From Prevotella sp. (GTDB lineage: Bacteria; Bacteroidota; Bacteroidia; Bacteroidales; Bacteroidaceae), in the NCBI GenBank assembly GCA_045643065.1, contig JAZUKC010000027.1, forward strand, positions 443 to 64,442: a stretch of DNA of 64,000 nucleotides, in the 5' to 3' direction. Position numbers and translations under genes: made by a program. Positions within the stretch are counted from its first letter, which is position 1, and each line of letters begins with the position of its first letter. Positions 58,489-64,000 of the stretch are shown one piece after another. Below the pieces are notes generated by a model. It ran no database searches. It saw only the letters and a program-made list of their open reading frames with translations, and was not told the origin of the DNA.

Positions 58489-58964
58489 GACTTCATACCC
58501 GAGGACGAAAGAGCATGAAACGCCGTGTACCACAACTCAACACGACTGCTACGGCAGACATCTCGTTCATGCTGCTTATTTTCTTCCTTATTACGACATC
58601 AATGGATTCAGACAAAGGCCTGCGTCGCCAGCTTCCTCCCAAGGACGTTCAGACAGAAGTGGAAGCTGTTGATGTTGACCGTAATAAGGTCTTGACCATT
58701 GATCTTTGTTCGGATAATTCTATAAACATAAACGACACAGTAAGAAATGACAAGCAGCTGTCACTCATGATTACTGATTTTGTAAAGAAGTTGGGGGACG
58801 ATCACATCATTGAGCTAAAAGTTGATAGAACAGCAACTTACGATGCATACTTTCATCTACAGAATGTCATTGTATCCACCTATCGTCACAACTTGAAAGG
58901 CAAATATAAACAAAGAATCAGCGAGCAATTCATAGACAAGACACAACAGCAAACAAACCCGTAG
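58485..58964 (+). CDS. exbD: ExbD/TolR family protein
   Basis: ADISFMLLIFFLITTSM. Confidence 0.9.
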   Translation: MRLHTRGRKSMKRRVPQLNTTATADISFMLLIFFLITTSMDSDKGLRRQLPPKDVQTEVEAVDVDRNKVLTIDLCSDNSININDTVRNDKQLSLMITDFVKKLGDDHIIELKVDRTATYDAYFHLQNVIVSTYRHNLKGKYKQRISEQFIDKTQQQTNP

Positions 58965-58973
58965 AAAAAGAAT

Positions 58974-59435
58974 ATGTTAAGGAGAAACAGAATCAGCAAA
59001 CAATCGCAGCGTAGGGTGCCGGAGTTGAACACTTCTGCCCTACCCGACCTGATATTCACCGTACTATTCTTCTTCATGATCGTTACCCACATGCGCCAGA
59101 CAGACGTGAAGGTAAAGGTGGAAACTCCTGAAGGAACCGAACTGCAGAAGATGAATAAGAAGTATGCTGTCTCTTATGTCTATGTCGGCAAGGACAAAAA
59201 GGGAGATGTTGTTGTTCAGCTGAATAACGATATCATACCTCTCAATAGCCTCGCAGAGGCGATACGCGAAGAACGTAACATGCTACCTCTTGAGGATCAG
59301 CAGTATCACACCGTTTCCATAAAAGTCGATCGCAATGTGCCGGTAGGTGTTGTTGCAGACGTAAAAGATGAGTTAAGAAGTGCTCGCGCCTTGCAAATCA
59401 GTTATTCTGCAACAGAAATAAACAAAAAACCTTAA
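58974..59435 (+). CDS. exbD: ExbD/TolR family protein
   Basis: LPDLIFTVLFFFMIVT. Confidence 0.9.
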   Translation: MLRRNRISKQSQRRVPELNTSALPDLIFTVLFFFMIVTHMRQTDVKVKVETPEGTELQKMNKKYAVSYVYVGKDKKGDVVVQLNNDIIPLNSLAEAIREERNMLPLEDQQYHTVSIKVDRNVPVGVVADVKDELRSARALQISYSATEINKKP

Positions 59436-59511
59436 TAATTTGTGTTATTAGGATATTATTTATTAACTTTGTATCAAATTTCAAAAATCAGAAACATATA
59501 ACAGTTTTTCA

Positions 59512-59994
59512 ATGGCAAAATACAACTTAGATTATTTGGATCAGAAAATTCTTCGTATGATCAGTGATGATGCTCGCATCCCCTTCCTTGAGGTTGCAAG
59601 AGCATGCAATGTCAGTGGTGCGGCTATACACCAGCGCATTCAGAAACTGTCGTCATTAGGTATCATAAAAGGCTCACAGTTCATCATTGACCCAGAGAAA
59701 ATCGGTTACGAGACATGTGCATACATCGGCTTGTATCTGAAAGACCCTGAGAAGTTTGACGAAGTAGTAGAAGAGCTCAGGCAGATACCTGAGGTTGTTG
59801 AATGCCATTATACAACCGGTGGATTTGATATGTTTATCAAGATTTATGCTCGAAACAACCACCACCTGCTGACAGTCATCCATGACAAGCTTCAGCCTCT
59901 TGGCCTCTCGCGTTCAGAAACTATCATTTCTTTCAACGCAGTAATAGATCGTCCTCTCTCAATTGTAGATAATAACATTGACGTTGTAGATTAA
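59512..59994 (+). CDS. Lrp/AsnC family transcriptional regulator
   Basis: LDQKIL...DARIPFLEVAR...HQRIQKL HTH; VVECHYTTG. Confidence 0.95.
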   Translation: MAKYNLDYLDQKILRMISDDARIPFLEVARACNVSGAAIHQRIQKLSSLGIIKGSQFIIDPEKIGYETCAYIGLYLKDPEKFDEVVEELRQIPEVVECHYTTGGFDMFIKIYARNNHHLLTVIHDKLQPLGLSRSETIISFNAVIDRPLSIVDNNIDVVD

Positions 59995-59998
59995 GCAG

Positions 59999-60037
59999 AA
60001 AAAAATCCAGAAGACATCTGTCCTCTGGATTTTTTTT
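59999..60037. terminator. bidirectional terminator
   Basis: AAAAAAATCCAGAAGAC...GTCCTCTGGATTTTTTTT between convergent genes. Confidence 0.8.
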
Positions 60038-60058
60038 CAATCAATAGCCCCCCCTCTC

Positions 60059-60520
60059 TCATTTCCAAAATCGGTGGGTAATGTCTTCCCATTGGTCAAA
60101 TCCAACCTTACGATAGAGCCGCTGGTTAGTGGTTGGCTTGTTTAGCGGACCAAGATGCTTGATGTATGGACCTACCTTGATATAGTCAAACAAATCTTTC
60201 ATCAGTTGGCGAGAAATGATGGTCTTACCACTGTACCATGCAATCTTGAATTCAGGATGAATATTCTTGATATAGTTTGCAACATCATTCAGATCTTCAA
60301 TACTTCCATCGCCACCCATGAACGATATGCAAGTAATCTCGCCACGGTATTTTTCAATCATTCTGTCAAGAACATCATGAGTGAGTACATCACCCGAATC
60401 TGCCCACAAGTATTTACTGTGGCAGCCAGGGCAACGGCAAGGACAATTGGAAATGTTTATTGCCAATGTCACCTCGTCGGGTACTTCTTGGAAGACAATC
60501 TGTTCGTTGACAAACTTCAT
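60059..60520 (-). CDS. nrdG: anaerobic ribonucleotide reductase activating radical SAM protein
   Basis: CPCRCPGC motif, TNQRLY; lies downstream of nrdD. Confidence 0.95.
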   Translation of the reverse strand: MKFVNEQIVFQEVPDEVTLAINISNCPCRCPGCHSKYLWADSGDVLTHDVLDRMIEKYRGEITCISFMGGDGSIEDLNDVANYIKNIHPEFKIAWYSGKTIISRQLMKDLFDYIKVGPYIKHLGPLNKPTTNQRLYRKVGFDQWEDITHRFWK

Positions 60521-60575
60521 TTATTCTGTTTATAAATAGGTATGCAAAAATAATATTATTCACGATGATAAGGAC

Positions 60576-60618
60576 AAAAAAGAGGTGTCACACCAGCAAT
60601 TGGTCAACACCTCTTTTT
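60576..60618 (-). terminator. hairpin between nrdD and nrdG
   Basis: AAAAAAGAGGTGT...ACACCTCTTTTT. Confidence 0.65.
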
Positions 60619-60673
60619 ATATTTCTTACCACCAGATCAGTAGCTTGCGGTAACAGTCAAAAGCAGTACATCA

Positions 60674-62773
60674 TTACATAGCATCTGGCTTAGCATAGTA
60701 TCTGCGAGAAGCCTCCTGCTGACGAGCTTGCGAGAAGTTGCTGACGCGCTTCAGGTAACCGATGATACGAGTCATGTAGTCAACATTTGTACTCTTACAC
60801 TTAGGACACTCGTGCAGATAGCGCTTGTCAATGGTGCCACATTCATTGCAGATGGTGTTAGGAACATTGAATGTGAAATAGTTACAGCCCTCTATTGCTG
60901 CAACATGAAGCAACTGCTTGTACTGCTCCTTCGAGAGATGTTCGTCAAGATTCATGTGCAGGGCACTACCACCGGTGAGGTGCTCGATGTAAGGACGTCC
61001 ATGCAACTTGAATTTATCTATAATGTTCAGCGACTCATCTTCTACCACATAGAAATATGAGTTGTAGCAATCACGTGGTACGAAGTAACCATCTTCACGA
61101 TCCCACTTTGCATGCTTTACACCAACATTCTCTGCAGGAATCATCTCACAGTTGAACATCAAGCCTTTCTCTTTTGAGTAGTACTGCTTGTTAACTTGCT
61201 CAACAAGACCAAGAACCTCCTGTACGAATTTCTTGTAGTCAGGGTTGTCGTTTATCTTAATACCCATGAATTCAGCTGCTTCCACAAGACCGTTAACACC
61301 GATTGTCAGGTACTGACGGCTCATGTTTATGTAGCCTGCATCAAAGAGTGGGAGCATTCCGTTCTCCTGGAATTCCTTAAGATTCTCATTGTATGCAGTC
61401 TGTACCTTGTGGCAAAGTTCAATAACGTGGAGCAGGAACTCCTTGTAGTCTTTACCTTCGTTTACAGCATACTGAATGCAGCGGTTAAGGTTGATCGTAA
61501 GCACCGACTTGCTACCTGTTGACACACCACCGGCACCGAGAGTGTATGAGAAACCGTTGTCCTGAATCTCGTTGCGCAAGCGGCAGCATGACGACAGTGA
61601 GTCAGCATTATCGCTCATGTATGTGAAGAACGAATGTCCCTGTGCATACATCTCTGCAGTAAAGTCGCCCCAATCCTTGTCGCGTGGTTCGCCATTTTCT
61701 GTCAGGAGAGCCATTGTCTCTACAGGGAATGTGAGAACTGTCTTTGTGCGCTCCTTATTGAACCATGTCATAAAACGCTTCTGCAACCATGAAAGTCCAT
61801 TCCAGTCAGGCTGGCTGCCATCTGGGAAGTAGAAATTCTCAAACAATGACTGGAAGTAATACTTGTCGTAGTAGGCTACGTTCCAGAATACTGCCTGGAA
61901 ATTGCGGGCACCAGTTGGCTGGTTGATTGAGTAAACGATCTGCTCGAAACAGTCGGTAATAACCTTATCTATCGAACGCGCCTTGAGCGAGAGGTCTGCC
62001 TGCTTCTCTGGATGCTGCCAGTAGTCAAGTCCATACTCCTTACCTATGAAATAATTAAGGTACATGAGGAACTCTGGGGTAGCACATGCGCCAGAGAGCA
62101 TAGAGCTAACGATGAAGACCATATTTACAAATCCACCACAGAACGACTTGAGGTTTGTAGGAGCAGTAGAATTACCACCGATGCCGCTTGTACCATTTAT
62201 CAGCCATGGGTACATGGTTATCGAAGCACAGTAAGGCGCGATAGATGTCTCGTCGTTCTTGTAAATGAAATGCTTCTGCAATAACTGCATGTATTCGTCT
62301 GCCAGTTCTTTGCCGTAGAGAGCCTTGATGCGGTCAGTCAACATACGGCGATTCAGCTTAATGAACGAACCCTTTGGCAGCTCACCAATAAGAGTAGCGA
62401 TGTTCTTATGCTCGACATTTGCATTTGCATCAAACTTTGAACCTGTAGCAGCATTTGCAGCACGGCAATAATCTGACAAGAACTTCAGTCGGTCAAGTTC
62501 TTCACGGGTTTCTGTATGGCGCTGACGATAGAGCATGAATGATTTTGCTACCTGATAGTAGCCTTCCTTCATCAGGGCAACCTCTACCTGATTCTGGATA
62601 TCCTCAACAGTAACTCCATCCTTAATGTCGAGATTTCCAAGAATCTTGTATATCTTGCTCAGGTCAACCGTCTCATTTACAGAGTTGAAGGCCTTGATAA
62701 CTGCGTTCATTATCTTGTCGAGAGAGAACGCATCCTTTGAGCCGTCGCGTTTGGTGATTGTAAAATCTTGCAT
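60674..62773 (-). CDS. nrdD: class III anaerobic ribonucleoside-triphosphate reductase with ATP-cone
   Basis: ITKRDG ATP-cone, SCCRL, CNEC...CPKC Zn site, RIIGY glycyl-radical motif. Confidence 0.97.
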   Translation of the reverse strand: MQDFTITKRDGSKDAFSLDKIMNAVIKAFNSVNETVDLSKIYKILGNLDIKDGVTVEDIQNQVEVALMKEGYYQVAKSFMLYRQRHTETREELDRLKFLSDYCRAANAATGSKFDANANVEHKNIATLIGELPKGSFIKLNRRMLTDRIKALYGKELADEYMQLLQKHFIYKNDETSIAPYCASITMYPWLINGTSGIGGNSTAPTNLKSFCGGFVNMVFIVSSMLSGACATPEFLMYLNYFIGKEYGLDYWQHPEKQADLSLKARSIDKVITDCFEQIVYSINQPTGARNFQAVFWNVAYYDKYYFQSLFENFYFPDGSQPDWNGLSWLQKRFMTWFNKERTKTVLTFPVETMALLTENGEPRDKDWGDFTAEMYAQGHSFFTYMSDNADSLSSCCRLRNEIQDNGFSYTLGAGGVSTGSKSVLTINLNRCIQYAVNEGKDYKEFLLHVIELCHKVQTAYNENLKEFQENGMLPLFDAGYINMSRQYLTIGVNGLVEAAEFMGIKINDNPDYKKFVQEVLGLVEQVNKQYYSKEKGLMFNCEMIPAENVGVKHAKWDREDGYFVPRDCYNSYFYVVEDESLNIIDKFKLHGRPYIEHLTGGSALHMNLDEHLSKEQYKQLLHVAAIEGCNYFTFNVPNTICNECGTIDKRYLHECPKCKSTNVDYMTRIIGYLKRVSNFSQARQQEASRRYYAKPDAM

Positions 62774-62945
62774 CGTTATTATTTGATATTGTTATTCAAA
62801 AATGTTAATTTCTTCAGTTAGGTTTCATCGTTAAGTTGTCCTTTTTGGAATACTTTCTTCGGATTATTTTGAAAAAATTTTCCTTTTTGGAAAACTTCGG
62901 GCCATGAAATTTCAAAATAGTTTCCTCTTTTTACGAATTACGCTG

Positions 62946-62976
62946 CAAAGTTAATACAAAAAAATCAATGTACAAA
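62946..62976 (-). promoter_or_regulatory. Bacteroidetes promoter of nrdD (TTTG-N19-TAACTTTG)
   Basis: Minus-strand TTTG (62973-62976), 19-nt spacer, TAACTTTG (62946-62953). Confidence 0.75.
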
Positions 62977-63282
62977 ATATTCTAGCAAAAAAAAATCAAC
63001 AAATTAACACTCTTTCTTCTATACGTCTATTTATCAGCGTGTTACATTGTTTTACAAAAGGAAAGTATAAATGTTTTTTTCTAATAATCAAAACATTATT
63101 GGAGTTGTGCTATTAATGAATTTTGCAGTAGCAAGTATTACCATCTAATTGCACAGGATTGTAACTTTTTGATCATTTTGATTTGAAAAAAATCTCTGAT
63201 GTCTTACAAAAAAAGTAATCACATGATGCCATAGGCTAATGTAGTTTCATCCTTCAGACGATTTTTTGGAATATAAAAAGAA

Positions 63283-63446
63283 AAAGTAACAAAGTAACAA
63301 AGTAACACTTTTATTTTAGGGGGTAAGAGCACTAAATGTGAATATTTCTTATATAATAATGTTCGCGCGTATAATCTAATATATATAGTATTTTTTAGCG
63401 CTTATACCCCTAAAATAAAAGTGTTACTTTGTTACTTTGTTACTTT
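63283..63446. repeat. palindromic element A: 40-bp perfect inverted arms, (AAAGTAAC)x3 + ACTTTTATTTTAGGGG
   Basis: 63283-63322 is the exact reverse complement of 63407-63446. The AT-rich core is shared with element B. Confidence 0.95.
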
Positions 63447-63587
63447 CTGCACAGTGTCTTTTCCTAAAATAAGTAGACAGTTTTTGATTAATTTGACTGT
63501 ATAAGTAGACATGTTTCTAAAAACATAGACACTTTCCTGATTTTATTGACAACCTTCTGGTAACAAGGGGTATGAGTACTATTCATA

Positions 63588-63680
63588 ATGCTGATGATAG
63601 AAGCACAATCCCAAAATGGGACTCTGGTCAAAACAAAGACAGCAATCATCAACGAGTCAGGACTTTACTCGCTCATACTC
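63588..63680 (+). pseudogene. BRO-N (phage antirepressor-type) gene fragment
   Basis: TAIINESGLYSLIL is the BRO-N hallmark. Similarity stops just before element B. Confidence 0.75.
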
Positions 63681-63696
63681 TGTTTTATGCGTCAAA

Positions 63697-63852
63697 AATG
63701 TCACAATGTCACAATGTCACACTTTTATTTTAGACGAATCTATGAATTTTTCTTATATAATAATGTTCGCGCGTATAATCTAATATATATAGTAATTGTT
63801 TAACCCTTATACCCCCTAAAATAAAAGTGTGACATTGTGACATTGTGACATT
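63697..63852. repeat. palindromic element B: 37-bp perfect inverted arms, (AATGTCAC)x3 + ACTTTTATTTTAG
   Basis: 63697-63733 is the exact reverse complement of 63816-63852. The 46-nt core is identical to that of element A. Confidence 0.95.
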
Positions 63853-63968
63853 CGTTCTTGCACGTCTTGGTGAGCATTTTCGCTTATATATATATATATA
63901 ATATATATATAACAAAAAAAATCACATGTTCGTCGTCCGTTTTATTTGGTAGATTCAGAAATTCTTCG

Positions 63969-63976
63969 TACCTTTG
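63969..63976 (+). promoter_or_regulatory. -7 promoter element for a transcript starting at or beyond the window end
   Basis: TACCTTTG followed by CACTCGCAA. The downstream gene lies outside the window. Confidence 0.55.
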
Positions 63977-64000
63977 CACTCGCAATTCGGAGAAGCATGC

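Noticed and set aside
55495..59435. PIF1-like helicase next to exbBD as a novel DNA-uptake system
   Set aside because: Both are common Bacteroidales genes, and adjacency alone gives no functional link.
62774..63280. Cobalamin riboswitch or NrdR box upstream of nrdD
   Set aside because: No B12-box-like conserved segments or NrdR palindrome could be recognised by eye.
63588..63803. 71-aa ORF as an intact gene
   Set aside because: Only the first ~31 codons resemble BRO-N; the rest is read-through into palindromic element B.
63885..63911. (TA)n run near the window end
   Set aside because: Simple low-complexity microsatellite; no further structure can be supported.

Overview
Bacteroidales chromosome window, most likely Prevotellaceae. 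This assignment rests on TAnnTTTG promoters, the lpxC-fabZ fusion, the purM-prfA-pyrF-HD-lpxD-lpxC/fabZ-lpxA-miaA gene order and Prevotella-type intergenic repeats. (1) 1-18 kb is a plastic accessory region of small enzymes (HAD hydrolases, thioredoxin, flavoprotein, nitroreductase, SDR, MBL hydrolase, radical SAM, AAA_14/DUF4143 ATPase). It contains a decaying segmental duplication, two small pseudogenes, an Hc1-like protein missed by the ORF track, and a 72-nt palindromic element inserted in frame in a small Cys-rich gene. (2) 18.0-30.4 kb is a co-oriented minus-strand cluster: secreted calycin-like protein, TolC, HlyD, tandem ABC ATPase, two permeases, a single-module NRPS (C-A-T-TE) and a phytase-like/solute-binding fusion. 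It is the best candidate for an undescribed system, an inferred N-acyl amino acid synthesis and export unit. (3) 30.6-62.8 kb is mostly core genes (ffh, folD, relA/spoT, phoH, purC, aroE, purM, prfA, pyrF, lpxD, lpxC-fabZ, lpxA, miaA, PBP1A, PIF1-like helicase, exbBD, Lrp/AsnC, nrdG, nrdD), with a BsrV-like broad-spectrum racemase between prfA and pyrF. (4) 63.3-63.9 kb holds two palindromic elements with an identical 46-nt core but different, internally homogeneous triple-octamer arms, flanking a BRO-N relic. An element of similar architecture follows relA. No rRNA, tRNA, CRISPR array, integrase or transposase was recognised. All family assignments come from motif recognition by eye, with no database searches.
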